A stretch of DNA of 64,000 nucleotides, from contig OX597815.1 of NCBI GenBank assembly GCA_951406725.2, forward strand, positions 40,486,001 to 40,550,000, read 5' to 3'. Shown one piece after another: positions 51,130 to 64,000 of this stretch (position 1 is the first letter of the stretch; each line of letters begins with the position of its first letter). A program made the position numbers and the translations under genes. The notes under the pieces are model-generated. The model was not told the DNA's origin and ran no database searches. It saw only the letters and a list, made by a program, of their open reading frames with translations. Source of the DNA: Octopus vulgaris (Eukaryota).

Positions 51130-51516
51130 CTGTAAAAACAAATTATTTGAATTTTAAACAAATGAATTTAAACAAAGAGTGGCTGTGAGTGAAGGTGCTG
51201 GCTACCTCACCACACAGTCATCAATTCAACCATTACTACATGTAATGTGTAGTACTCCTAAAACTAAGTCTGTTTATCAACAGAGTCTAACCACTCATAC
51301 TTCACCACTGAGTGCTTAAAATGCAAAATGTTGAGTAAAGAATTATTACTTGTTCAACACAAACACACATATATATATAAGTATGCGCATTTTTTCAAGG
51401 TTTACAAATAACACAGAAAAAATAAATAAATAGTTACCAGGGTAGCAAAAATTCACACAAGTACCAAGGTAGAAATTCCAGGTTTTGGTGAAATGTTTTT
51501 GTATTACATATATAGA

Positions 51517-52330
51517 CAGTCAAAGGTTGAATTTTATAGAATGGTAGAAATCACTTATAGGAACTAAAGGCATGTTTCTGGCAATGTTTGCAATGATGAA
51601 CGCATTATATGAATGTGTTTACAAGGGAATTCCCTAAAAACAGAATTAAGTACATTTCACTGTTACAAAGCGAAAAAAAGATTTATGGTGAAGATATAGA
51701 TAGAATATTCCATTCCAAATCAAATTGTTTATTATGATAATAATCATAATAAACAATTTGATTTGGAATGGAATATTCTATCTATATCATTTCCGTATGA
51801 TAAAGGTAAATCTTTTTGTCCGCTTTGTAATGATGAAATGTGTTTCATCCTGTTCTGGGAGAATCTTCTTGTAAGCATGTTTATAAAACGCATTTATCGT
51901 TGCAATCATTGTCAAAAACATACCTTTAGTTCCTATAAGTGATTTCTGCCATTCTATAAAATTTGACCTTTGACTGACTTTTTACATTTCACTTCCACTA
52001 AATATATCTACTTCCAAGCCTTTAAGCTTTATTCTTATTCAACTATCACTCTATATCTCTCCACTGTCAGTTTTCTGCTAATTTCTTTCTTTCTCCTCCT
52101 CTTTCTATAAACTACCTTTGACATTATATCTATTAACATTTTATTTTTTTAAATCTTACAAGCATTCCCTTCATCATATATGCAGTCATCACATTCTGTT
52201 AAAATTTCTTGATGTGTTTGGTTTCTTTCTTTCCCTGATGAGAAGATTGCATTGTTTTACATCATTTTATTCCTTCTGGAATAATACCAGTGTTTTCTTT
52301 GAAACATATGTCAAAAGTAAAAAGATTTGA
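51517..52330 (+). mobile_element. Penelope-like element 3' fragment with inverted upstream copy and hammerhead motif
   Basis: 51748-51942 encodes WNILSISFPYDKGKSFCPLCNDEMCFI...RCNHCQKH*, like the GIY-YIG C-terminus of PLEs; palindrome 51517-51976; CTGATGA...GAAACATATGTC at 52235-52312. Confidence 0.7.
52231..52317 (+). ncRNA. Degenerate Penelope-type hammerhead ribozyme motif
   Basis: CUGAUGA (52235-52241), stem II GAAGA/UCUUU around a long loop, GAAA-CAUAUG-UC with palindromic stem III; stem I partly mismatched. Confidence 0.5.
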
Positions 52331-53280
52331 ATAACACCTGCATTTAACTCCATTCATTTATTTATTTATTTATTTATATAGTCCAACCCATGCTAGCATG
52401 GAAAACAGACGTTAAATGATGATGATATATATATATGCATTTTGAAAATTCGATTGGAATGACCTACAATAAACTGATACTTATGCTAATTAATCTCAAA
52501 GGCACAAGGCCACACACTTTTCTCAATAGCATTACTAACATAAATAATCTAGTTTTATGTAGGAAATTGAAAAATGTCAAACTGAATAGGAACTTACAGC
52601 TTCATTCTACTTGTTACTGATACTTGAATTATAAAAAAAATATGATACTAAAATAGATCTTGGCAGTAAGAAGAAAGAATTCATTGGTAACTGTGTTGAC
52701 TAGAGGCATAACTTCATTGAATACTGGGTCACAATAATGTGGAAATTTCTATAATCATTTTTCAGAAATCAAATTATAACCAAATTGTTCATTTAGAACA
52801 GTAATATAAACAAATTTCCAAATAATAAAAGCTTCTTTTTCTTAGCTGCGAAAAGACCAATCTATCTTTTGTACAATGACAGAGCAAGCAATTTTGAAAG
52901 CAATGATAAGCTGATTACATTAACCTCACTGTTCAACTAGTACTTTTTTATCGATCTGAAAGGATGAAAAGCAAAGTTGACCTCAGCAGCTTTTGTACTC
53001 AGAACATTAAGAGCCAGAAGAAATTCTGCTCAGCATTTTGTCCTGTGTGGTAAAAATTTTGCCCCCATTCAACAGCAGAAAGATATCAATTACATACAGA
53101 GTAAAATCAATGCTTGTGCAGGACAGTTAATGGACAGAGGTCATTTTGCTGACTGCTAAACTGCTCAAGTTAAACTTGAAATATACATATGTAAATGTAA
53201 TATGGAGTTTTGTAAATTTGACTTTTCCTATAAGAGAAATTATCTAATGTCGAAAACAAATTAATTATTCACAACATTTT

Positions 53281-53650
53281 ATCTTTAACTAGTTTCAGTC
53301 ATTAGACTATGGCAATGCTGGAGCACCATCATGAAGAATTTTTAGTTGAATGAATTGACCTCCCCACCCCACCCCATACTTACATTTTGATAAGCCTGGT
53401 ACTTATTCTATTGGTCTCTTTTGTCGAACCACAGAGTTACAGAGACAAACACACCAACACTGGTTGTCAAGTGGCATTGGGGGACAAACACACAAAGGGC
53501 TTCTTTCAGTTTTTCATCTACCAAATTCACTCATAAGGCTTTGGTCAGCCTGAGGCTATAGTAGAAGATATTTACCCAAAATGCCATGCAGTGTGACTGA
53601 ACCCAGAACCATGTGGTTGGGAAACAGTCTTCTTACCACACAGCCACACT
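53281..53650 (-). mobile_element. SINE family A, near full length
   Basis: Reverse complement of 45338-45738. Confidence 0.8.
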
Positions 53651-53747
53651 TGACTACATATTAACCTATTACATGAAATTTCAGTGTGATCAGCACGAAA
53701 GGTCACTGCTCAGTAAATTAACAAAAGAAGAAATCAATTGGACTTAC

Positions 53748-53858
53748 TAATTTTGGAGAATCCTCTCGTGCATCAACTCTCGTGAGACAAATATTTCCTT
53801 GAAATATGATTTCTGCCAGTTGACGAACAAGAGGAGCATGACTAATAATAAGAAACAC
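53748..53858 (-). CDS. CLEC16A: CLEC16A exon (VFLIISHAPLVRQLAEIIFQGNICLTRVDAREDSPKL)
   Basis: tttctag| acceptor, |gtaagt donor, 111 nt; matches the VFLIIHHAPLV motif. Confidence 0.94.
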
Positions 53859-55071
53859 CTAGAAATAGGTAAAATAAAAAATATAAAAGCATTGTTAAAA
53901 TGGGTAATTTCATGACTTTAACATTGTGATTCAACTACAACACAGTGGGGTAGGAAGAGATGAGAAGAGCTTACTCATAGAAAGTTTAAAAGATAGAGAA
54001 CCATTTATATATACCTCTTGCCTAGATAATATAAATAGGCTGGAATTTAAAACCAACAGTGTTAGACAATTGGAAGATATCTTTGTCACATATAAATTGC
54101 ATCCAGTAAACTCTGGATGTATTTAATCATTCAGTAGTTGATGAATGAGTAGAGACAATACAGTCAAGAAAACCTTTAAGCTTTGTCCTGTCAAAGACCT
54201 GACACCTTTCTAAAACTGAAAGCAATGATAGAATCTACCAGTACACTCTCTGCAAAATGACTGATATTAGGAAGCACACCCAACCATAAAAAACATGTTA
54301 AAACAGAACATACAAGCAAGAGGAAGTCTCCAACCTTTGTGATAGTGGGTGGATGGGGGTTTCAATAACTCCAATTGGGAGCTGACTTGGATTGTAGTGA
54401 TCTGTCATCCAAACCATGCCAGCATAGAGATCAGACATAAAATGAGGCTGATGACATATGGTATTCATCATCATTACATTTTATAGGACACAAATTAATT
54501 TTTGTAATATTTAACCACCAGTCTTGACAACTGAATCGATCTTAGGACACGATTAGTACTTATTACATCAAGAAATTAATAGACAATATTGACTCTAACA
54601 AGATTTAAATTTCATAAGTAGAAGACGCCAACTATCTCAGCCACAAGAACAGAGCACAAATTTATGGAAAGGACACAGTCAAGTAAATCAACTGCAGTAT
54701 TTGAATTGCACTGATTTTATCAAATCAGAAGGATGACAAGTACAGTTAGTCATCTTTGGCAGCATTGTTCTCGAGATGTAACTAAATAGGGCATCGCATT
54801 AACCCATCACCTAATGATTTCTAACTCGACACAGTGACAAATTTGGGAAAGAGTATAATGAATTATATCAACAAAATTCTTATTAACTCCAAAGGGATGA
54901 AAGGTGAAACTGACTCTAGTAGGAATTTAGAAAATTAAAGGATGTTACTAAATACATGCAGGACATTTTGTTCAGGGTTCTACTAACTCTACATTTATTT
55001 GTAACATAAGAATGCTAGTTACTGGAAAGATTTGTCAGTAAAAAAGAAAAAAATTAGTAAATTACTTTTAC

Positions 55072-55125
55072 CTGTGACAAAAGAAACAATGATACCACTG
55101 AACTAACATGTTTTCTTTCTTCTGG
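55072..55125 (-). CDS. CLEC16A: CLEC16A exon (PEERKHVSSVVSLFLLSQ)
   Basis: tatacag| acceptor, CAG|gtaaaa donor, 54 nt, phase 0-0; matches the VSLYLLSQ motif. Confidence 0.92.
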
Positions 55126-55971
55126 CTGTATAATAAAAAGAAAATAAAAATTTGATTGAAATAGTTTTTGAATTAGAAAAATGTATTCATACTTACATAG
55201 CCAGTTTGTTGTTTATGATTGCTAAGACAAGATCGAGTGGAAATTAAATCTTTGGAATAAGTTTAGATGGGAAAATTTATTTCAATATTTTATTTGCCAG
55301 TGTAAGTTGGTAAATCTTTTAAAACCAAGATTTGTCTTTGGCATGACTATTTTGGGATTCATGTTTAGAGAAATAACCACCACAAAATTCTTCAAATTAT
55401 ATTGGTTTTTCTTTGTTTTCCATCTTTTTAAAACATCCATAAAACATAGAACATTCATAATAGAAGACAAGAGGGAGATATCTTCTTATTAGATAACTTT
55501 CATCAATGATATCATCAGCTGTAATGCTTGCTACACTATGTGTGCAAGAAAGAAAGAAAGTGCATACACACATGTGTGTATATAGAGAGAGACAATGACA
55601 AATATGATACAGGATATCAAAAACCTGCAGCCAAGAAGTTTCTCTTTATACAAAAGCACATCTATTATGACCAAAAATTGATAGTGAACCTATCAGAACC
55701 TATCTACAAGGTACCAAAGTGATCAGAGAAGTTTATTCTCTTAATTGCAGAGTTGTTTAAAAAAAACACTCGTATCAGTCCAGAAATCTAACTTTAACCA
55801 ACACTGAAAAGAAACCAATAGTACTTCAGAGATTTATTAGCTACATGACCAACATAACGAGTAACAAATACATTTAAAATCTTGACACTCAGTTTAGCTA
55901 ATGTTGGTCTTTGATCTTAGATCAGAATATTTAAAGGTTCTTGGAAATTTCAAAACAAAACTGATTCTCAT

Positions 55972-56009
<38 letters not shown>

Positions 56010-56641
56010 GAGAAAGAAAAAGAAAAAAGCTAAGAAAAACAATAACATAATATACATTTCTGAGTGATCTAATGCACATATTTTAATAAATAATTTCTGC
56101 TACATCTAAACGTCCAGAGCAATACAGATATTTGTTTAAAATGACTATCAAAACATTTGTGAAAAGAAACTAAAAGATACAGATGTAAATGTCATAAAAA
56201 AAAAAAAACATTAGCACAAGGTCACATATTTTGTGAGAAAGGAAGAGTTGATTAAATCAAGCCCAGAACTTAAATGGTATATATTTTATTGGATAGATGA
56301 AAGGCAAAATTGATCTCGGTAGGATTTGAAATCAGAATGTAAAGGGCCGTAAATACAACAAGGCATTTTGTCCGACACTCTAACAATTCTGCCAATCCAC
56401 CGCTCTTTGAAAAAATGTTAACAAACTGCAAAGAATTTGTTTTTTTTCCACTAAGGTATTCCAATTTTTTTCTATGTCTACTTGTGCTGAGAATATGGTG
56501 ATATGCAAAAGAAATTAATAAACAAAAAGTTTATATCAAAGACTCAGAGAGAAAATATTACACAACAACCAAAACTAAAGCTATGATTGAAAAGGTAAAA
56601 AGAAATGGACAAGAAATGGTTGTCTGTGCACTAAAGCTGAC

Positions 56642-56710
56642 CTGTGGCTTCTCTGAATTGTCCATGGCAACATTTAGATTCAAACATTTCACGGGAGATT
56701 CAACAGACTT
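56642..56710 (-). CDS. CLEC16A: Candidate in-frame cassette exon of CLEC16A (KSVESPVKCLNLNVAMDNSEKPQ)
   Basis: ttttgtatttgtcggcttttgcag| acceptor, CAG|gtcagc donor, 69 nt, open, phase 0-0 inside a phase-0 intron. Confidence 0.6.
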
Positions 56711-57613
56711 CTGCAAAAGCCGACAAATACAAAATGACACACTTTAGCTAAATATCACTCACACCTTAATCAGAAAACATGGATTCTGTCAAAAGTTTTA
56801 AGAAACATTTCAGTGAAATTGAGATATGTCAACTGAAATAACTCGGATGTTACTGATCGAAGCATTCAAGTCAATCTGACACACTATAAAATGGACAAAT
56901 AATTCCAGTGTAAATGAAGATTATTTTTCAAATCAATATAAAATAATCAAAGGATAAAATTGCAGGAGAATTATAATAATTGGAAACATTCTGAAAATTT
57001 GTATTAGTCAAAAGGAAGATAGGGTTAATAAGCAATGCTTTAGCATATGAAAATTTAAGAACTTTGTACAAAGATTAATGATTCAAGGAAGTGTGGAAGT
57101 ATGGCTGTTGAAAAATATTCAAGAATAGATAAGTAAACTTTTTTTTTTTAACCATATGAGTTTTCAATATTTAATTCTGTCATATATCTTTAATTAGATT
57201 CTTTAATTAAATTGTGATGTTAAAAAGAAAATAAACTAAGAGAAATGACTCAGAGTGGCCAGTGGCATGTATTTGAACAACAAAGATGAATAAAGGTATA
57301 TTAAATACCATACAGGAGAAATTCTTGATTTATTGTGTTATCTTCTAGAGAAGATAACACAGTTGCCTTGTAAATATTTGGAACAACTCCAAATTTGAAG
57401 GGGAGATAATTTAAATCTAGAGAATCAAAGATCCTCTGAAACTGACATGCCACTAAAGAAAAAAACGGCCTGATTGTTTGAAGGACAGCTGTGAACACGT
57501 TTCTGCCTTAACAGGCATCATCAGCACAGTGGTTGTCCTACTTTGTCTCCTGCAGAAATGATACTGAGACATATACAAAAAAATGCCTAATTTAAATGAA
57601 AACAAACTAAAAG

Positions 57614-57669
<56 letters not shown>

Positions 57670-58443
57670 GGAAATAAATAGTTTGTAGATATAATCAAAA
57701 TATGTCTTTGTGCAAAAGTCTAGCTCAAAAAATTTTTATTTTGGACAGATATATAGAAAATGTATATTTTAATGCATGTACCTTGATTAATTTTCTGTGT
57801 CATTCCATTTAACATATATATATTTTAATTAACTTTTCAATGAATATTTTTATGATGATAACATTTAAAGAAAAAGGGAAGTATATTTTATCACATTTAA
57901 TACAGTTATTAAAGCTGAAAATCCAATAGTAAAAATATAAAGTGAGACATATGTACAACAGAAATAATTAAAATTAACCAACTGATTTAATATTACAGTG
58001 TTAGCTAAATAACTAGTCTGATAATGACTGAAGTATAAAAGTAATTTGTGTTCAAATTAACAATTTTGGACCAAAAATTAACTTTTATAATTAACTTGAG
58101 ATTGCTTATATTGCTATGATATAAAAGCACCCATTTTAAATACTTCATAGCTAAATTAAAACTGTTTTTTTACAATTATATAAGAATATCTTTTTAAGTT
58201 ATGCTCCAAACACCAATTTAATAATGGTTTCAAATTTTGGCACAAGGCTAGTCAGTTCAAGGAAGGGGGCTAATTGATTACATCGATCCCAGTGCTTAAC
58301 TGGTACTTATTTTATCAACCCCGAAAGGATGAAAGGCAAAGTCAACTTTGGTGGAATTTAAACTCAGAATGTAAAGATGGATGAAATGCTGCTAAGCAGT
58401 TTGTCCAGCGTACTAAGAATTCTGCCAATTTGCCACCAATTTA

Positions 58444-60005
58444 CTGTATATACTGGCATACAGGATGGAATTTGAACTTTAAAAAAACATCACCCCAAAA
58501 CTAGGGGTCATCTTACACATCCTGCATAAAATCTGAACCAGAACTTCCTGTGGTTTAGATAGAGTAGCACCAATGTGAATGGAAAACAGTGTAAAGCACT
58601 TGCATAGACCCTATGGTTCTATAACATAGTATTTTCTACTGATACTTGCACATATTGATGGTGAACCCCATAAAACAATCACAGATCTTATGGTTCTACA
58701 ACTCAGTATTTTCTACTGATACTTACATGTATGTTTGGGAAGCTGGATTAATAGTAAGATTATATTAAAATAACAGCACAGCAAACTTAGTGGACAGATA
58801 CTAGTCGCCATTTGCAACAGCTGACGGACAAAAAATGTAAGCAATCAACCCATTCAGCTGGGTCCATTCTGTTTACATTACTCTGGTAGAGTGCTCTCTC
58901 TCATACAGTGCTCAACCAACTGAGAGATTTCAGGACAAGTATAGTTTAAAGTAATTAACCCACCTGTTACGGCATATCAGTCAGCCAAGTCACAATAAAT
59001 CTTACAGTTACCAGTTACTTTTAAACATTTACAAACAGGGTTTCTTGAAAAGGCTCAATTTGTCACTCTTTCATAAGCAGGGGTACTCTCACTGGGTGAA
59101 CATTAAATTCCAGCAACTGTAAAACCTTTTCATGGCTCCAAGTGATAAATAAAGGAAATATGAAGCTGGTTTTAAGTTGAAAGTGGTAGCATACATCAAG
59201 TCCCACAACAACTATGCTGCTGCAAGAGAATATAGTGTAACTGAGAAGATGGTAAGAGTTTGGAGATTAAAGGAAGACTTAAAAGTAAAACTGAACAATG
59301 AGAGAAGGCACTGCACACTAGTTGATTCTAGAGAAGCATGTAGTAGACATGGTCTGTGAGCAGCATCAAAATGGATACGTTGTTTCAAGAAATAAAATAC
59401 CATTTGTGCACTTAAGTGGGCTAAAGCCTACAAAGAGCACAGCAAAGACTTCAAAGTCACAGCGTCATGGTGTAGTCACTTCATGTAAAAAAAAAAAAAA
59501 AATGATTTTGTACCGAGATAGGAAACTAAAATATCTAGAAATTGCCAATAGGTCTTGACACTAAAATTACTAACTTCACCACTACATAATACGTGTTAGT
59601 TCCTGTAAACTGACCGATTCCTAAGTGGCATTACTATGGTAGTGTTTACACCAGTCAGGTACATTTGGTGTGTATTACAGGAGATAATTTACAATATTTG
59701 GCCATTTTTTGAAAAGTGCTGGTTAAATTTTAAACAACCAAGACTGCATGCAGAACTGTTGCATACAAAGTTTACTAATTGAAACAGTTAAAATGCTATT
59801 GAAACACAAAGCAGAAGCTTTAGGGCCACTGGGGAAATTACAGTCCACCCAACCCCTTTAGCTATGAACCTTTGGTGCTTGAGCCATTTTCCATAAAAAC
59901 CTGGAATAATCTTATACAACAAGTATAGCTCAAAACCCACTTTTTAAATGGAAATCCTGGGGGTTGTCTTGTACATCAAGTCATTTTATATGCTGGCGTA
60001 TACGG
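58444..60005 (+). mobile_element. pogo/Tigger-like transposon, degenerate, both ends present
   Basis: TA|CTGTATATACTGGCATA ... TATGCTGGCGTATACGG|TA; Brinker-like DBD YEAGFKLKVVAYIKSHNNYAAAREYSVTEKMVRVWR followed by a CENP-B-like HTH remnant. Confidence 0.8.
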
Positions 60006-61541
60006 TAATAATGAAAAAAATTAGTTATTTAACTAAATTCCTTCAAATTCTTAATAATTTCAAAGTAAAATGGTAGCAAAAGGGTTAAAATCTGAAAGAA
60101 AGAAGAATCACCAACAACTTCAAGGAAGAAAAATACCCAATACGTAATGCTAAAAAACACATTTACATGCAGTGTATAAGTTTCAATAACTGGTTCGAGG
60201 ATACAGGACTGGGGTTCAGAAACTAGCACTTATTTTATTTGAAGTGAAATTAATTTAAGCAGTCAAGCAACAAGAAAAAAAGAGCAGACTTATGAGCTTC
60301 ACAAACAACATGTGAGCTATAGTATTGTTTGAGCTCATGATTTTTGAAGTCATTAGTCTAGCCATTTGTACTTTATAGTAGACTACATGGATGACAACTC
60401 AAATATGCCATTAGGTTTAATGCCACCACCTGGCTCTTGAGTATTTTGAAAAAAATTTTAATTAATTGCAAGCATTTGAACAAGTCTTCTGGTTCGCTCT
60501 TTACATGCAATTTTTCTAAAGACATTGACCTCGATATTTGGGTTGGACATCAACTGCACCTGGCATGACCTGTAAATGAACCTGCCCTCTCTTCCTCATT
60601 AACTTATAAAACAAAACAATTATACATAATTATATAAAATGCTAAAATGCATATACATTGGTGATGAACTGGCAGAGTCATTAGCAAACAGGACAAAAAT
60701 TGCCTTGCATTATTTGTTCCAGCTCTTTTCGTTCTGGGTTCAAATTCTTCCAAGGTCAACTTTGCGTTTCATCCTTTAGGATCAATAAAATTAAGTACCA
60801 ACCAAGTAGTGAGATCAATGTAGTCAACTAACTTCCTCTCCCTAAAATTGCTGGCCTTGTGCCAAAATTTGAAGCAATTATTTGTTCTGGTTCCTTATGC
60901 TGTGAATTCAAATCCTACCAATCAACTTTGCTTTCATCCTTTTGGGATCAATTAATAAAAGTACTAGTTCAAGGTGGTAATGGGTTGGAGGAATTGTAAG
61001 GAGGTTAGACATGATACCTTGTGGTATTTGTTCCAGCTATTTGTATTTAAAGTTCTTGGGTTGTAAATTTTATCTGTTGCCCAATTTAACACCACCACCA
61101 GATCGTTGGGTGCCTTTAGTAGAGTTCACTATTACAAGCATTTAAGATAGTTTTCCAATTTGAGGATAACCTCTTCCCTTCTTTTCACCAGTCTTAGAGC
61201 CCCTAAAAAACTTAAAGGATCATAGGTGCTACCCTCCCCTTCTTGATCACACAGTAACCAAAACATAAATAAATAAATAACAAACTATGAATAAAGCATA
61301 TATGGTTTGGAATATAAAGTTGCATAATCTACATTACCTTATGTTACAACAGAGTCTAAAATTTTACCAAATAGAATATCTATTTTATCAACACCAGTGA
61401 GTAAATTATTACTTATGTGAAATTTCCTGGCCCTTTACTTAAAATAAGGAATAAAGGTAGCTTTAAAAATGTTATTTCAAATCCGAAATATTTTTTTGTA
61501 AGTGAACAAAAAATTTGGTCCCTCACATTTGACAATCTTAC

Positions 61542-61731
61542 CTGTCTGTTTGAGTACTTTTTCCTCTTTGTCAAAGAGTACACATAAAGAGGAATAAGTA
61601 ATCGATTCAGCAAATGCTCAACAAGCACTTCATTGAGTTCGTCTATGTTGAGACAGAGAATATCATTGAGGTAGTGCAAGTGGTCTAAATGTTCAGCAAC
61701 TAGGTCAGCCAGTCTATCTCGACTTTGGTGA
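61542..61731 (-). CDS. CLEC16A: CLEC16A exon (HQSRDRLADLVAEHLDHLHYLNDILCLNIDELNEVLVEHLLNRLLIPLYVYSLTKRKKYSNRQ)
   Basis: tttttcag| acceptor, CAG|gtaaga donor, 190 nt, strongly conserved peptide. Confidence 0.96.
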
Positions 61732-62365
61732 CTGAAAAATAGCATGTTAGAAACCATGATTTACAAATAATTAACCACAATAGTCTATATTACAAAAATA
61801 ATACTGTGTATCTGTTTATTAAGCTCATAAAAAAATACTTTGAACAGCTGTTTCCCTTTACACAAACTTTACTTTGTGGCAAAATCTAAATACTAACTAC
61901 TATTAATAATTATAATTTAATAAACAAAATTAATGCAAGGATCATTATAGCTAAATGGTATCCAGAATTTTCTTTTAATTAATGCTTATCGCATCATTCC
62001 TGTAATTATTCATCATCTATAATTCCTAAATCTGGAAATTGTCAGATCTACATGATGCAATTTTCTCAAATATCTTTGCACTCAAAAATCTTTTACATAT
62101 TTACTTTTATTCATTATACTATAAGCCTAAGGCCTAGCAGGATGTATAAAAAAACAAGAGTCAACTATATGTATATATAAAATATGTTTTATTTGAGAAC
62201 ATAATCTTTGTGGAGAATGGCAATTTGACGTCTATATCTAGCATGTTGACTGTCCACTTTTCGTGTTCAGTCCTTAATTGGTATATATAAATATTTTAAT
62301 CTTTGGATTCTTTTTAATATGCTAGACCACTGGTTTTAATTGACTAATATCAATTTCTACCCTTA

Positions 62366-62401
<36 letters not shown>

Positions 62402-62404
<3 letters not shown>

Positions 62405-63272
62405 GGTGCAATGGGTAAATCATTGGCATGTTATATTTTTATTTTTGCGCATGCACCTGGTTTGTTTTTGATTGTCAACTACACAGTATGGTAGGGTCAG
62501 TTGAGCATCATCTGAGAAAAACAGCACCATGACGCAATTCACTCTGCCAGAAATCTGGAAACAGCATGCTGTACTGCTTGGCATTCACACTGGAAGCTCC
62601 AGTATGAATATTTCAGCGTGTTTGGGTGTCAATCTGAGGACATGTACTGGTGATTAAAATCAAACATCCAGTCAGCATCATGGTGTATGGAGTGACCACT
62701 AGTGATGGTGACGTTATGCCTTGATTCATCTGCCCACATGGCCTCAGGTTTAACATGGAGGCCAACATCAAGTACCTGGAGAAGGTAGTGCTGCCCTTGG
62801 TCAAGAGGATGGCTGCTGGAAGACCCAATGTCTAGCAACAGGACTCTGCACCATTCCACACAAGCGGGAGAACTCAGTCATGGCTGTCAGACAATCTTTG
62901 TGACTACATCACCTACCTCTTAATAATCTGGCCACCTAACTCCCCAGACTGCAACCTCCTTGATTATTATGTGTGGGGCACAGCTGAACAAGAGACCAAC
63001 AAAACCCCTTGTAACACGAAAGATAAACTGAAGGTAAGGATTATGGCAGCATTCACCAACTTAAACAAGGAGACCATCCAGAAGAGTTGCAGGAGATTCC
63101 AAAGCCATCTGGAGGCCGTGGTTGAAATCAATGGTGATTTTATTGAATAAATTTACTCTTTAGTATTTCAAGATATTTTTATGTAATTTTGATAAATATA
63201 TCTGTTAAAATAAGATGTCAGTGTTATTTTCATTTTTGCATAATTTAGATGATAATATATTCACTGCACTCT
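62402..63272 (+). mobile_element. maT (DD37D-type) Tc1/mariner transposon with internal deletion
   Basis: HPVSIMVYG, QQDSAPFHTS, WPPNSPDCNLLDYYVWG; imperfect TIRs CAGGGTGCA...TGCACTCT between TA repeats. Confidence 0.8.
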
Positions 63273-63988
63273 ATGTGTGTGTGTGTATGTATATATATAT
63301 ATATATATATATATGGTACTCCAGTTTCCCAAATAGTCACTAAACCAATAAATCTCACAGTCAATCATTCAGTAAATAGATCTGTTCTTTCCAACTGATA
63401 TATTTATGACAACAACCACACAGCACTCTAGATATAGCAATGGGGAAAAAAATCTCACCAATATTACTTGTATTGAATTTTTTCTGGTTTAAAAAATTTC
63501 CAAACATTTCATATGGATACTTATTTCAAATCTACATACACATACATGTTCTAGAACTCTTTCTGCATTTCCTCTTATATTTTATACCTCTAATCATTAA
63601 CAGTAGTACATTTGGAACACCTGTACACATACAAATATTTAGAGACACACGACAATGTATATTTTATATTAAACCTCATTAAAATTTTTAATCAAATCTT
63701 GAAATTAATTATTCAAATATTTAAATTAAAAATGTACATTTTAATTGTTGCAGAAGAACATAATCCATATTATAAAATGATTTATTTACTTTAAGAATCT
63801 CAAAACATTATTCTCTAATCTGTATACAAATATCAATATTATATTTGCAAAGCAATCCAATCTGATAGAAGATTAGGAAATAAAAGATACAAGCGAAAGA
63901 AGGATGAAATAGCTAGTAAGTGTGTTAAATCAACACTGCTAAGACTATTACTGGGATATATTTTGGAAGCGGTGAAAGAAATACTTAC

Positions 63989-64000
63989 TCAGCATCATTG
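63989..64000 (-). CDS. CLEC16A: CLEC16A exon, 3' end only (..NDA-D), cut by the window edge
   Basis: Minus strand reads CAATGATGCTGA|GTAAGT. The phase-2 donor joins the T of the next exon to give GAT, yielding NDADHQSRDRL. Only 12 nt are visible. Confidence 0.75.

Larger units (their letters stand above)
14759..64000 (-). other. CLEC16A: CLEC16A (GOP-1/Ema family autophagy/endolysosomal regulator) gene span; 5' part lies beyond the right edge of the window
   Basis: Spliced translation reproduces hallmark CLEC16A segments in order: LVAEHLDHLHYLNDIL, SLFLLSQVFLII, LFALCLLYAM, KLRLATLEL, EIFLDMFEDEY, DASILLPPTGTPLTG, NNSDLIACTV, LVEPDAKRLGWGVV, DDHIRCMAAKQRL. All junctions are GT-AG and phase-consistent. 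Confidence 0.96.

Noticed and set aside
57453-57550. Strong minus-strand acceptor (tttctgcag|GAGACAAAGTAG)
   Set aside because: Immediate stop in the host phase and no clear donor; a poison exon cannot be excluded but is unsupported.

Overview
AT-rich, intron-rich animal genomic DNA. The SINE/LINE repertoire and (TA)n/(CA)n/(CAT)n microsatellites point to an octopus (inference). The window holds the 3' part of one minus-strand gene, CLEC16A (GOP-1/Ema family). I traced 16 exons from the right edge (63989+) to a stop at 14759, all with GT-AG sites and consistent reading-frame phase. Its introns contain unannotated-looking candidate exons: two 9-nt microexons (41481-41489, 21510-21518), two in-frame cassettes (56642-56710, 36601-36717) and a possible alternative last exon (from 21433). 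The rest is transposon material: RTE and CR1-type LINEs, tRNA-derived SINEs, Tc1, mariner, maT, pogo, hAT and piggyBac remnants, MITEs and a Penelope-like fragment. The most unusual item is a repeated ~550-600 bp fold-back element. It joins a tRNA-derived Pol III head to a minimal Penelope-type hammerhead ribozyme motif, and two independent copies have 11-bp target-site duplications. All coordinates were read by eye; nothing was run against databases.
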